This document shows positions 24,228 through 38,620 of a stretch of DNA of 64,000 bases, in pieces; position 1 is the first letter of the stretch, and each line of letters opens with the position of its first letter. The stretch spans positions 1,798,001 through 1,862,000 of the forward strand of contig JAYWIR010000028.1 in the NCBI GenBank assembly GCA_036172245.1. The letters are read 5' to 3'. Both the position numbers and the translations under genes were made by a program. Source of the stretch: Raillietiella orientalis (Eukaryota). A model generated the notes under the pieces. The model did not search any database, was not told the origin of the DNA, and was given only the letters and a program-made list of their open reading frames with translations.

Positions 24228-26859
24228 TTTTACCTATAAGAATTGCCCAACGTCAGGGAGGCATCTTTTCATTTGCTGAAAGGGGTAACTGTGTGACCTT
24301 TCTTGCAGTCATCACTTTGACAGCTTCAATGAAAGAAATAATCCTTCAGATTAGTACTTGAGATCTCAATTTGGAGTCTCCTGATGCTCAAGCTCGAAAT
24401 TCAATCGCCCGAAAATTTCGACCCGGAAGTCCTTTCTAATTTGGTTTTCCTTTCCGGCTAGATCTCCGAGTTCCTCTTTTTCCGTCCAGCGTAAATTAAA
24501 AAAAAAAAAAAAAAAAGAAGCATTCCCGAAACCTCATTGGCACATCTTTCTTACATGAACTCTATGCAAATTTCCCGCATCATTCTTTCCGAAAGGTGAC
24601 CTCCTAAACCTTTGTGCATTGTGCAGATAGCATTCGCTCTTGAAAGCTTTAGCGACCCGTAGCTGAGCTGTTCCGATTTCACCATGTGACTCTCCTCCGC
24701 ACCCATGCAGCAGCTTTTCCGAGATCTCTCTTGCTGATCCCGCAGTCATCGAAGCCCAAGCGGTGGACAAAAAAAGGCACCACGGCGACTTCAAATGTGA
24801 ACTTGAAATCGACAACCATCTCACCCAAGGCACGCGGGGAAGGCTCGGGGAAGTTCAATTGAAGTATGTCACTGTCACGTGTCGTCGTGTCTTCCCCTCG
24901 AAATCATCCCTGAGCTTCCATACGGCAGCTTTTCCCGGTGGGTGTTGACACTGCAAGACACGCATGCCTGTATCCCCGAGGACGACGAAGATCCGGACTG
25001 TTTTTTTTTTTTTTTATAAGGTGGATTTCACTGCCCTTGACAAGATCACAATTGGAAAATGAAGATGAGAAAACGAACATTTTTTTTTTGTCTCGCGTCA
25101 ACTAAAATCAAAATCGTCAAGAAAGTCAGAAACGATGCATTCAGACTTACGAAGGCTTCTGATTGACGATTCCCACAGCTGTTTTCAGAGTGATGGTCAT
25201 TCTGCAAGATAGGTTGCTCATCGCTGTAGCGCACAGCATAAATTGTGTAAGGAAAAATTTGAGAAAAATTCCAATCCATCGGTGGTAATCACAAGAACTT
25301 CCTAATTTATTTGAAGCAGATCGGCGGTTTGCACGTGGTTCCTCCATATTATGGGTGTTCTAAGAACACATACTGCTCAAGGATATTTGTTAACAGCAAC
25401 GTAATCATGGCATCAGCTTCTTACTGTATACTTATCTGCAGATGGAATTCCTTTTCCTAGCCGTATGAGATCTTGTGCTAGTCCTTGCTGAAAGTGACTT
25501 TGGAATTATCGTGGGTTGTCTAGTACAAAAAAATCCCAGATGCAATGGTAATGCTGCTGAATGAATCCATTCTGATTATCTTGTAGTTCGATGCCCTGAG
25601 ATGAGGGGATAACTTCTTTTTTTTTTTTTTTTGTAAAGCTCTCCACTGTATTAGTAAACTCATTTTTGGAAAATCGCGAGAGATCACCCTCATTAATTGA
25701 AGATTGGATTATAGAGATCGACCATCGATTGTTTCCGAGCGACGCACGTATCCAAACAACACACGACTTTGTGTACACAGCATCACGGAGCTTTTCGTAC
25801 CATGTTGCGAAAAATTCGTGTCTGATGATTTCCGCTTGCGGGCAAGAGCAGGCTCACAATTATAGGCAGCTCTTCTTGCACACTGCCAAGCCAGGAAAAT
25901 CTCACAGTTCTCACAGTTCATAACATGAAGGTCCTGTATCTTTCCGTGTGCTGGCAATCCTTTTTCGAACGTATCAATTGGCACGAGGAAATCCTCCGTG
26001 AACATCAATTCATGACAGCAGCAACAAGTCAGCACCGAAATCAATAGGCTGATCTGTACCAGTCCGACGTAGCGTACCCACCTCCCTCTTGATCGCAAAT
26101 TGAAGTGAAACTGCGTCGATAAGGTCAAATGCTGAAGGTCAGCAAAGGTGCCAGGAAATGTCGAAGAGAAACTCGACCCCGTTCGAACTCGGAGATATGA
26201 CAGAACGATCCTCAGGACTTTGGAAGCCCTTTCCGATGAATTATACAAGGATGCAAAGTTTCACTTTCACTGCCGCACTTATCTTAGACAGAACTTTCTA
26301 CCAGAACTAGAAAGAGAGAATCGTGAGTTCCTGCTCACGAGAAAGTGAAAAAAATTGATTAATAGAAAAAGAGGATCAATAAATGAAAACGACTCCCATG
26401 GAATGCTTTCCTAGAAGAGACACTCGAACTTGCTTGAATCTGGAAAGCAACGTGGTAAAATAAAAAAAAAAAAAAAACAATAAAACATCAATAGGACTCG
26501 AATCTTAAATGACAGGAAAGGCGTGTTCCTAAAGAGTTCACCATTGTATGAAGAAAGCAGAACGAAAGAATTATCACATGCCACTTTTCAGAGCAATATC
26601 CTCAAGGAGGGGGTGCGTGATGAGAAAATTAAGGATCGGTGGAGAATCTCGGGATGTTTCAAACACTCATTCCTTTAGCACTGCTTAGAGAACCATGAGC
26701 GGGATGGAGCGAAAGAAGCCGCTTGCAATGAAATGCCTTCTTCATGGCTTTTCGATACCGCGCGAGGTTTCTGATCTCGGGAGGCTGACATTGGGACCGG
26801 CAAGGCTAGGCCCTCTTCTCATTTCAATTCATTTAATAAGTTTGAATCTAAATCCAGGA

Positions 26860-27455
26860 GGGAGAAACCAAGTACAAAGAAGCAAGGTGGAGTCTTGTAT
26901 CAGGAGACCGGAGGGTGCCAGGAACCACTTCCAGCCTAAAGCCGGATTAGGTTCCCCAAAAAGGGAACCGGATATGTGTGTTCTAGGCGTCTGCTGCTCA
27001 TATGGAAATGGAAAGGAGACCTTTAGCACAACCAGGAAGAACAAAGAAGAAAAATACAAGGACGTAGCAATGCAACTGGGAAGTGGTGGAAAGCGAAGCA
27101 AAGTGCACGCTTTCATCGTCGGCTCCCTGGGAGCATGGGACCCTGGTAGCGAGGAAGTATTGCAGCATTTAGGAGTACCAAAAAAGAAGCTGGTGGAACT
27201 GAGGCACCGGATGGTGGATACACGTGTATCCGGTGCTCAATTGCTATATATGCCACCCATGTCAGAAGGAAAACCGATAACCAGCTGGAAATATCTAGAC
27301 GTTGGTCTCCTACCGGAGGAAATCGAGCGAGTGGAGGAAGCCCCGTAAAGTTGGGGTGAAGACAACCCCAAGAGAAGAGAGCAACAACCGCGGAAGACTG
27401 TCCAGAGCCCCCCACAAACAAGCTATGTAATTGCACACTACAAAACGATAAAGTT
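26860..27455 (+). mobile_element. Restriction-like endonuclease domain and 3' UTR of NeSL/Utopia-like element
   Basis: EPDMCVLGVCCSYGNGKETFSTTRKNKEEKYKDVAMQL...VHAFIVGSLGAWDPGSEEVLQHLGVPKKKLVELR. The 3' UTR is shared with 33850-33926. Confidence 0.75.
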
Positions 27456-29939
27456 CCCCATCTTTGAGTTTGCGGAAGTCACGCTCAAATCTGATGAAAC
27501 GCTCGTGAAGCTTGAAAACAGCATCCATACCTGCATCTACATCACGAAAAATCCAGTTTTCGGATCGTTGAAGCTGGAAACGATTTTAAAATTAATCTTA
27601 GAAGCAATTTCAAAATTATCCCCAGTGAGATTTGGCTTAGAAACCGGTTATGTTTTTTTGTTTTTCTGATTAAATAAAGGCATCTAGAGTAGGATCTGCA
27701 CGTTCGACTCATTCCTGCTCATGTTCTGGAGCTGGGATCAAAGCCAAAGATAAACTTGATCATCATATTGTATGATTTCATTCATTTTCGCATCGTAAAA
27801 AATAGAAGTTGATTGCAAAGAACCAACTTCCTTTAAACCTTCCAATGGGAAAACGGCTCTTGATCACGCATTCGTCTCCATATAGCGAAATTTGACCTTC
27901 CCTAGATAATGTACCGTTTAAAACAAGATAATTTCGACCTTCGAAAATCCACTGGACCCCTTTGATTGTATTTGTGCTTGAAAGGGCCATTCAGATGAAT
28001 AAGCGACTCACGTTGCGCTTGATGAAAAAGGCTTCCCACTCTGCTGCTGCTTCCATAAGATTTTGACTCCAAGATTCTTCACTCTCCCGTCTACGAGAAT
28101 TTTTCACCGTATTTTACTTTTCTTGAAGTTGCATCATGCTCAAGCGTACCGGGATCGAAACCGCTACCTGAATCTTCAGGGTCCGATGAAACGTTAGTAA
28201 GAACCGCAGTATCCATTTGCGCACATCAGGAAGCAACGACCTAGTAGTGCATTCAGAACACAGTTTGCAAAAGACCAATTTGGAAAGTAGCTCCTGGATG
28301 AAGAAAAAAGTGGGGAAGGCGTGATGGGCAAGATGCATTGGAAATGGCATCAATCTTCCGAGAGCAAGCTGCACTTTATCCACTTAACTGCAACCACTCA
28401 ACGCTTGTGTGTGTTTTTTTTTTCTTTTTTTCCGAATCTGGCTAAACATTTCTCAAGAATTCGTCGATGGGAATTCCGCTTAGAAGAAAAAAAATCTCGT
28501 AGCCCCAATGGTGTCAAGAAGACCGATCTGCAGCTCCGAAGAAAGCATCTTTCATTTCTCCGCCAGCAATGGAATCCTGCTCACCGTCGGACAACTCGGT
28601 GGCAAATCGTCCACACCTCATCCGGTTTCCCACCCATCCTCGCAGGGAAACGCCTCAAATTCGAATCCTCCGGCGATGGAAAAGTTCTTACCCAGGAGGG
28701 AATCCAGATTTTTGAAATAGGTTCGATGCACAGGGTGGTCCAAATAGAAAAAAGACAGTCCACAAGCGGGAAGATCAGGAGCCAACAAAAAAAAAAACAG
28801 AAGGAATAAGGGAATTAAAGGGTATTTGAAAAAAATTGCAAAACGACAAGAAATGAAAAAAAGATCACATTTGCATACATACACTTATACATATTGCCAT
28901 ATACCTGAATACACTGCCATGCTACCTCAGTACATTCAGTTGTTTGCCTTTGCTTGGATTTACCAATCTCGTCGACCTTTTTTCAAGCACGTGGTAAAAC
29001 CAAAAAAAATTTACGTCACTTTGTGAACTACAGAAATGCGTGTCAGAGTATCTCTATTCGCATCTATCAGACCTCCTGAAGATTTAACTGGGAATGTGTG
29101 CATCAAACTACGACCTACAAATCCTTAAGGAAAGCATTCTATAGGAGAGGATGCCCACAGAATAAGAAAGGTGAAACATTTGGGGCTGATTCATGAATGT
29201 AATCTACACAGAAGATTTAAAACCTCTGCCAAACTGAATAGGCAGCTGCCATCTCGTCACTGTGGGAGTAATAAGCAGTACCACTTAGCTTCCCTCATAT
29301 AGCGACCTTTACGATAATGGTTGACCACGGCACAGCCTCCCTGCGTAAGAAACCATGAGGCGAAAAACGGTAATCCAAATACGAGATGCAACGGAGAAAA
29401 GATGACAGCGCAGATTGGGACCTCAGTGGAACCAAACGCATGAGCCCAGGAAAGCGCTCAGAGATTCCTTGAATCGAAAGTTCAATTGGCGAAATTCTGA
29501 AGGACTAGCCAATTGCTCGCACCAAGGATCTCCCCTGGGTCACTGGAACCCGGGAGTTTCATCAGCTGGGATGTCGTCCTAGCCGTGTATCCAAAGCCGA
29601 TCGAAATAGTCGTCGGAATGTTCCTACATTTCGATTACAGCTCTTGTGATAAACTGCACAAAGTCGCACCCTTAGCGTGTGGCTGCCGCACGGTGGGGAT
29701 TTGATCGCAGAAGATTCGGTACGAATCAGGCAGATGCGAGTGCTGCTGTGCACCTCCTCATTCGTCTACTTTTTTCCTTTCGGGCACTTTGCAAACAGAT
29801 GAGTTTCCGAGTCAGAGCTCCAGCAAAGAAGGGCGTTTCATTCTCTTCCAATTTCAGACGTCCTGTCGAGATCTGAGGAGGGGTTTCACTTCCTCCTTTG
29901 GGCTCATCCAGAGTTGGGGAAATCAAGGAATGAAGAATT

Positions 29940-30070
29940 TTGGGTAAATTCGAGAAGAGCTTTCCAACTCTGAACAATAAGAGAAATTCTGGATCAGGAG
30001 CGGAGACTGGCCAAGTGACAGCGCTTGCGAAGCTGCAAGAATTGATTTTTCCGCCAAAAAAGAAAGGAAC
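29940..30070 (+). pseudogene. Possible MADF/Myb-like ORF fragment (PIF/Harbinger type)
   Basis: KRNSGSGAE...LQELIF resembles the KSGSGA...ELxFL motif that follows MADF domains. Confidence 0.25.
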
Positions 30071-33000
30071 AACGGATGAAGTTCCTCGAAATACATTTCA
30101 CAAGATAGACTACATGCCATGGATCCTATCGACAACAACTTCCTGTACTATACTCCTATGCTATCCATTTGAAGAATTGGAAATTTATAGTCCACGAAGG
30201 ATATGTTTCCTGTTGCATGCCGAAACATTGATAGCGTTTCCTTGGAAGCCCTGAGATGACTCTTCTGCGTCAGCCGTCGTGGTTCCGCTATCAGAGCAGA
30301 GAGGATCAAAGGCCGAGCAGTCAGAATCCTAGACAGAACCTAGGAATCCTGTCAGAATCCTAGGAAACCAGCTTCATTAGAAAGGCACACAAGGAACAAA
30401 TGAACAATAAATTGAATGATTGAGAAAGCAGATGCAGTTAGCAAGCAGTTAAAATGATGCTAAACGATGCTGTGGAACAAGGAGCACCTTACAAAGATGC
30501 CCCCTTCCTAGGATTTACTGGTTGCTCTCGGAATGGAAAGCATGGCATAAATCCGAAAGCATTCTGTCCCAGAGAAGGGAAGAACTGAACAAACCGATCA
30601 GCAACGGTGTCATTTAGCAAGACTCCATCGGATCAAGAGAGAGCATGATGATGATCACATGATTAAAAGGTGGAGGTATGAGGTCGGCTGTAAACTCCAG
30701 AACCTCAAGGGGATTTTGGACCTGCGAGAACTCCTACGAAACAAACCGAGAGACTTTTCAGAAGATTGTTCGATAAAGTTCGATAAAGGATTCGGTGAAT
30801 AGCGGTGAATGGCACATTTAAAATTCCAGTTCAGAGAGGAAAGCCATCGTTTCAACCATTCCCATACAGTAATGAATAACGAGTTTATTTGACTGATCGA
30901 TCGAAGGGAGACACAGCATTTTAGGTTTCATAAGATCGAGGAATGACAACATGAGAAGAGTACGTCATGGTGACTCAGTGAGTTGAGATTCCCTTTCTCA
31001 GTCGAAAATTCCACCCCATTCTCAGGGATTCCATAGCATTCCGGCAAATGGCACGCAAGGCTTGTCTAGTGGCCAGCGCCAGAACATGAGCTGAAACTAT
31101 TTCAGTTAGATCTTAGGGGACGCAGGAAAACCAAAAAAAAAAAAGATGAAACAGAATGCCCTGAGTCCTGGGAGTCCCGTCCGTCCCACGCTTCCTGCGG
31201 CAGAGGGAAATTCGGGAATAAAACGCACTCAAAGAACGACGCTTACGATGGAGCGAATCTTCAGCAGTTTTAGAAGGGGGCTTCCACCCATGTGATCAAA
31301 GATGAGTAGACAGATTTCGCAGAAATATTTCGTCTGGATGAGAATCGGGCGCGTTCATCAAGTTTGAACTCACTCTTTTGGCGTTCGGAGAATACAACAA
31401 CCTCACATCTCCCCTTTAATGACTTTGACGTGTCCCTAACAGAATCCAGTTCATTAGGACACGAAAAAACTTGAAAGAGGACCGGGAAGCCCGCCCTGAA
31501 AACCCGCAACCACTCTGAGGAGTATGGTAAAAACTGATTAGCAGCAATCGAGTATGGGTGGTTGAAACAAAAAAAGGGGGTGCGATGAAAGTATGGACCC
31601 GGTTGAAAAGCGGAGATTACTCTGTTCGGATTTTCTACGCGCCTAAATTTATTAAGGGGTTCATTAGAAAGAGTCAAAAACCAGGAAATAGTAGGAATCT
31701 TCCTCAGTATTCTGTCGTTCGCACAAATGTGCTGATCTCTATACGCTCCTACAGGCGGATCTATCAAAGGAGTGACAACCACAAAAAAGATGGAGCACTG
31801 GAAATGAAATGCGAGGATGAGCGAATGCGCCACCACCTGAAGAACAAATAAGTTCAAGTGAAAAGTCATTTTATATATATACGTATCCCTCTCTCGTAGG
31901 AGACGAATTGATTAGCAACTAAATTTCTAGCTTGATTAATGGATCACATTTCAAATTCAAGAAGATTAGAATATATATGTACGTCCCCTCCCTCCCTCAC
32001 GTACAGTCTTCATGGATCAATTATCTCTGTAGGATCTGATCACATCTTGGTATTAGTTTGCTGCCTCTGTTCATTTTATTTGATCTTATTTTTAAAAAGA
32101 AAAAGACTTACAACTAACCACATTATGCTTTCTTCTTCGTCTGGAATCAATGGGGAAGCTGTTTGAAGAAAATCGGCCATTCGAGCTCGGAAACTTTTAA
32201 GAACCGAATTCCAAGAACCTATTTTCTGTTGATGTTCCGGAAAAGCTTCCGACAGACGAAGTCATGGTGCATTATATGGTTTAAAAGGCACTGAAATGCA
32301 TAATGGAATACCAAGGCGAAGAAAGAAGCTGAGAAGCTGACAGGTCCACTTATTCAGCAGACCGAACCGGAAAATTGACTCACCGATTCGCTCCTTCCCA
32401 AAGCGTCCTTTTCCAAACAGTGGCAGGGAGATGGGAAAGATCGATGGGAGGAACATCCATCTGCACTTGGTTCCTGCGATTCTCATTCGAAGGTGCCTAC
32501 CGTAAATCCCAAATCTTCGGAAAAATCTGATCCCTCGCGATGCCGACTTCCCGTGAGCCTTGCGTAGGCGTTTTAAAGTCCGGAAATTCTGTTCCTCTGC
32601 AGCGGGCTGAAATGTCTCTTCCAACTTTTTCCTTTCGAGAGAAGGAAAAGAAAAGCAAAGAATGGACCGTTTCCAACCGAACTGAAGTAAAAGCAGATGA
32701 CTCGCTCGACCCAATCAGTACGCATCGGTCAGCAGCACGTGACTGTGTGATCCTCGTACAGCTCATTGCACCTACAAACAAAGCAAAGATCGAACAACTG
32801 AAATGCTGACGGATTCCCTGTACCGAATCGACAGTCTGGTCTCCGAGTCCCACCCACGAGCTCTGGGTGACCACATCGAGCAGGAACGGAATGGTTTGCG
32901 CAACCATCCTTGAACCCATACGCCAACGGGACCAACTTCTGGATGTCCGAACTGCCGCCAGAGATCGAGGACTGCCTCCCAATGCTCCATCATCCCATGT

Positions 33001-33799
33001 CGCACAAGGATCCGACATTGGACCGGGAGCCCGAGCGATGGAGACTGCCCTGCATGCGAGATCCCGGAAAATGACCTACACCTCTAGCCTGTAAAACCCT
33101 CTCCCAAGACTGGAGGGTGGTTAAGCAGGAAATGGGACTACAAGGAATATCTGGAGTGGAGATCCTTTGAGGAAGTCGTGCTCCTTTTGTTTTCAAAGTT
33201 AGCAGCTACAATAATACAGATAAAAGGAGGAACTTTTCCCCATCTTTCATTCTTTTTTTCCTGATCATTGATGCTGTGTTACGATGGATGCCACAAGAGG
33301 TTTCAGGACATCCTGTAGACTGTATTTCGGCGATATGTACCTCTTTGTCCACGAGCTGCTCCTCCTCATGAAGCTGTCGCAGGTTTGGAGACATCCTTCT
33401 GTAATCGTCCAAGCCGAGGTGCCCAATAATGACGTGAATGCATGGAGCAATGATGAGGGTCATTTTGGCCTCCTTCATAAGAAATGTCCTCATGATGAGG
33501 GCAGAACTTTAAAGAAGAATGCAGCTTCTCTGCCTCCCCCCCATCTCCCCCAGGGGTTGTAGGGACATGCGAATGATCCTTCTTGAGAGAGAGGTAGGTG
33601 TACGAGGTGCCAGCCTGAGCCATACGCTACACCCTGCAAAGAATCCAGGAACAGGTAACATCTAGACCAGGAGACCAGGACGAAATGCCCTGCGAGCCAC
33701 CTTTCCTTTTCCTTCATTCCCCCTCCCCGGATCTTCCATCCCCCTGCATATCCCAAGGCAAATCTTTGCCCGGTGGAAAGGACGCGGGAAGAGAAAGAT

Positions 33800-33926
33800 G
33801 AAACGATTACATCAAACCAAGTGCTAGGGTTCCTGAATGGCAACATTCTTGAAGAGAACAACTGCGGAAGATTGTCCAGAGCCCCCTGCAAATAAGCTAA
33901 TTGTACGCAACAAAACAATAAAGTTT
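33800..33926 (+). mobile_element. 3' UTR of the same RLE element family as 27300-27455
   Basis: caactgcggaagattgtccagagccccctgcaaataagcta...caaaacaataaagtt versus caaccgcggaagactgtccagagccccccacaaacaagcta...caaaacgataaagtt. Confidence 0.6.
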
Positions 33927-34449
33927 CTAAATGTTGAAGGAAAAATACATATTGCCCACCTCAGGACCGATTGGGGAAAAGTCCAGTTTTAGAGTTTGGG
34001 AAACGAAAAACTTTTGGGAAAAACTCGAAACACTGAATCGAATTTTCTCTGTGATAGAGGTTGTTTGCTTTGCTTTACAAGAACTTACAAGAACCAGGAT
34101 CAGTTTCGGTGGGTCTCTCTGAAGTTTTATTGATAATTTTTGTTTCAGCAGAGCTGAGGAAGAAAGTGTAGCGTCGAGAAAGGTGCATGAAGTGTTCTCG
34201 GGACTTTGCAGACAACTTGGTGTCCGCCGCTTGCAAGAATTATCGATTTCTTCTGCCCTCAGGTCATTCTTCAAATGATGCCGCTTGTGTACTAATTGAT
34301 CGGGAGACTCAAAGACATGGGTTTGACTTATCAAATTGGTAGAGAGAGGTGGCAACTTGGCGAACAGAAAGTTATCTCCATCAGAAGTTCCAGTACTCGT
34401 CTCATAATTCATCCTCTGCTCTTTCTCTTCTACCGTTCCCCGAAGGTAG

Positions 34450-34880
34450 CAAAGAGATGAACCCTTGTAAGGAGGTCAAGTTTACTTTTAATTCCTTCTT
34501 TGTGCACGCCGTCATTCTGGTGGCCAGATTAGGTTTCGTAGGCAATGGTGGCCTCGTCTCCAGAATCTTCCTGCCCAGAGTGCAGCTGCCACTGTGCTCC
34601 TGATTGGAGAAGGAACCGGTCACGTGCGTCCCCTCGGAATTCGACGGAACCTCAGTGCTGCTTCCCTTGACCCAAAGCTAAGTCTCCGAGGAGGGAATCC
34701 CGTTGGTGGCATCGCTTCACGATTCCGCCGCTTTGAGAGCAGGACTCCTCTCCTCCAGTCCAGAGTTTTGATCCTGTGAGAGATCACGTTTGTGCCGCCG
34801 AGATGTGGCTTGGCCAATAAGGTGCGGTGGTCGCCTCGGAGTCCACATGCCTCGGGAACTCCGCTCTCCCGTTCCTTTCA
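34450..34880 (-). pseudogene. N-terminal reverse-transcriptase fragment of a non-LTR element
   Basis: Degenerate ACGLRG (~APGPDG), LDWRRGVLLSK (~W....LIPK) and NGIP (~NWRPI), in that order. Confidence 0.3.
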
Positions 34881-37699
34881 GTTACCTCCGCTGCTCAATC
34901 TCCACAGGCTCTGCGGTTTCTTCTTGCATCTTGCAAATTTTTCCATAGAATGAAAAATTGATTTGCATTTTTTGATATTTATATTTCATAGCTACAAGTA
35001 TGAAGATTCCCATTGTTCTATCGTTTTTAATGAGTGGATTTCAAATTATACAAAATTTTATTTCATTGCACCAAAAATAGTTATATTACGTCAGCTGGGC
35101 AAATTCAATATTAATAACTGAATCATGAATCAATTATTTTTATTTGCCACCTTAATCGAAATATGGCATCTATAATGATACGTTATTTGATTTGAAAAAT
35201 ATGCTTTGATTTATGAATACCTTAAATTTCTAAATTATTGATAATTAAATAATATTCTATTATATCGTAAGGGAAGGTAGCATTAAATAATCAGATTGGA
35301 AAATCAATTTGTACTTTTTTGGTATTTATATTCTGTAACTTGCATGTGTATTCTTCCCTCCCAACAGCACCTGTCCGACATCACCCGCTTAGTCATCAGA
35401 AAAGTTGCTTTGCCCGCCATCATATCTGTACCCTTCCATGTGAGTCCAAAGTTTGAAAGGGATGCTGTGGTGGAGCTTTTCCAGAAAATCCGCCAATTCG
35501 AAATTCCTCCTCTGTGAGCGCGATTCGTCATCTACGCTGGACAAAAGAAATTTTTAAAACTGCTCAGGACAAGGGGACATGGCATCCCTGATGAGAATGA
35601 AGCACGGACGCATGATCGAATCAGTCGTGATTCTTTGCGTGAAGGAAAACTTGTTCTTGCTCGGCTTCCAGCAGCCAAGAGGTTGCCAACTCCAATAATC
35701 GGCAATGCCCTCAAGGTTCTCTTACCACTGTTGCAATGGTCAGTCTGGTCAATGGCACCATTATTCACATGTTCGCTTCACGTGTAATTTTCCAGTCTTC
35801 GATTTTTACTTGTTTTCAAGTCTCTAAAATTCTCTTATGTAATTATTGAATAGGTATTCTTTCCAGTTCTTTAGTTGGTGATTATGAAAGCACCAGAACC
35901 TTCAGCTGTTCTGTCATGAAGACCTTGTTTAGAGTGCTTTACTGGATATCCAAACGTTGACCACAGATAAATCCAGTTTGAAAATCTTAAGGGTACTTCT
36001 ACATTAGTAAAAAAAAAACCTTCAGTTTTCAATTAGATCCTAGAATTCTAAAATTTGCAGTCCTTTTTGCTTTCCTCATTAGGTTCCCTTGCAATTTTCA
36101 TTGCGTTTTTCAGAGAGCACTGACAATTTGTCCTATACATTCGAACTTACATGTGTTGGTCCGTTTCTAAGAGATCTTCGAGAATTTTTTTTAGTAAAGG
36201 ATTCCAAATCACCACTACATTAGCTTGGGAGCGGAAGAATCGGGCATAAGCCACAGAAGACAGAAACGAATGCAAAGTAGCAGATTTTTTTTCTTCTTTT
36301 TCTTTGTTCCTGGATCTCATTTCAAGCAAAATCCTCGGTATTTTCATCTGATGAATCACAACAGTCACATAGCTACAACCAACTCATGCGTAAGCACTCA
36401 GCTAGAGAAGTTTATAGTAATCGAGAGTCAATGATGTAGAATACCTCGAACAATTTTCAGTCTAGCTCCATGTTTTCACTAAAGGTTGCGTTATGTGACT
36501 GTACCATAAGTATGTCGAGACTAATCGACCCCACATAAAAATTCAATGAACACTTTCGGTAGCGTTTAATTAAATTTTGAGATTTTTGAAGACCGTGGGA
36601 AGAGAGTCGAGGAGTCGAGAGCAAAACCTATCCTCCCGTATGAATCTATTAATTTCAGAAAAAAAAAGATCAGAAGACTCTGAACAAGAGAATTTCCAAA
36701 CCATAAAAAAAGGGGTTCCTGAGTTGCATTGATTTTGGATCAGACTAGATCCAAAATCATGGCAAGCCTGAAATAATTTCTAGATCTTCTGTAGAAAAGT
36801 AAGCCTTTAAAAAAATTAATTTTATGGAAGGTGAAAAGACGTCTTCATAAAGACGTCATCATAAACCTTTGTGTGCATCTTTTATTGAATTCTATAAAAT
36901 TTAAAACGACAACGAATCAGAGTATCAGCTTTCATTATATAAGATGCTTTTGAAGTGCTTTCATAGAAAACTTTTGTTAAACATATTATTTGATTTCACG
37001 CAGAAAAAAATTAACATTGATTTAGATTTTAGTGAAAGTTTCGCGCAAATATATTGCTTCATTATCCATTTTGAAACACTGTTTTTAAAATTCAAAGTTA
37101 TTAAATTAGAGGTGCCATCATTACAAATTTCATTTTTGGTTAAGAACTTGAGGAATAGAATTAATACAAAAAAATGAGACGCCAAAATGTTAAAAAAAAT
37201 ACATACTCTAACTTCAGTTGATTTTGATAATAAAATAATATTCTGATAATAAAAGATACTGATGCTTTTGATTTAGACCAGTGATTTTTAGTTAAATGCT
37301 TTCTTTGAAACAGTGATCTTCATGAGCATGAAATGAAGGCAACTAGATTAAAACAACAGAAATATTTCACTATACTGATATCTAATATATTAACCAATAT
37401 CAATTTACTTTAACAATAAACTTGGAAAATAATACTAAAAGGTCATGTGTTTGCAAAACTTACCACGAAAGAAGTACTTGGCAACGCTCATATGGACTTG
37501 TTTAGGGAAAGTTTACTGCGTAATGATTAATGCTGCGATTGAGGTTAGTGGTGAAGGTGAATGAAACTAATGCTTTACTTACAAACTTCAAACTTCAGCA
37601 ACTAGTGATAATTGTACTTGCACACTTGAAAATAATTATGTCTTATTGATGCAGTTTGAAAGGCGTTTCATCATTGAACACTGAAAGGTTAATATTGCC

Positions 37700-38620
37700 A
37701 TAATATTTTCTGTATCATTTTGCTTACCAAACTAATATGGGATCGTGGGCCTGTAGATAAAGAATTCACTAATAATTAGGATCACAAAATCGTAACCATT
37801 CCTTCTGGTGATGATTGTTGTTTGCATCTAAACATAATAGTAAGCATTTTTGATTAAGGTCAGACTGCATTCGAAACCATGTACACTGCATGAGTCCAAT
37901 GAAATAGGTCAGAAGTTGTTTCCGATTTATAAAGCATCTTTGATGCATGTCTCCATTTGATAATGAGAATAACTATTCCATTTTGTGTGTGTGTGTGTGT
38001 GTTTTTAATAGTAGCAAATTTTCTACACTTTATTTTCTATATTTTTTGTGTTTCTGGAATTCACCGTGCTTGATAGCAATGTATTGCTTTCTCCATGATA
38101 ATCAAATTGAAAAGTCTTAGCAAAGAACATGTAAAAACTTCTGTTTAACATGAATATTGCTATAGACGGTTTCTATTCTTGAACTTAAAGTAATTTAATG
38201 ATTTCAGATGTATGCAAGTGATTCAGTTCATGGGGAAGTTCTGCGTTGACTTGAAGGATCCATCGTGCTCTGGTGTATAAAAAAGTATTTAAAATGCCCA
38301 GAAAAACAAAAATTTTGATCCGAAATTTGCTTTTGAGTTTGTTTAATGCATCAGCAAAGAGTAATGAAGGTTCCAATAAAATCTGTCCATGTTGATGAAA
38401 AGCTATCTTGAAATGTGAATTGGATCCAGTAGGAAGTAAATCTCTACGAACAATGAAGAATTTCAAGAGTATCTTTCTGTGTATTATTTTAACAGGTAAA
38501 TATATGAAGAATATCTAAGTTGATTTGAATATGGAAATTGTTCAATTTATTTCTGAAACCACAATTATTTGTAGCATATGCACAGCATTGCATATGGATT
38601 ACAACTACCTCTTTTTGTAT
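37700..38620 (-). pseudogene. KDZ/Zisupton-type transposase remnant in AT-rich island
   Basis: Across frameshifts: IVRRDLLPT..FKIAF (CxC-adjacent), LLRLFNL/HGE (~LLRALNMFRGE) and YFIGLM/VHGFEC (~FLSVMHAKAH..C). Confidence 0.45.

Noticed and set aside
31270..31869. 199-aa / 97-aa overlapping ORFs as a host or viral gene
   Set aside because: No recognisable motif or splice structure; cannot be supported.
32850..33090. gag zinc-knuckle remnant (CPNCRQRSRTASQC)
   Set aside because: The His ligands are missing and there is no corroborating homology in the window.
4660..37693. piggyBac-like ends TTAACCCTTTCAGTG (4660) and CACTGAAAGGTTAA (37680-37693) as one element
   Set aside because: The match is only ~14 bp, the sites are 33 kb apart, and I saw no piggyBac transposase between them.
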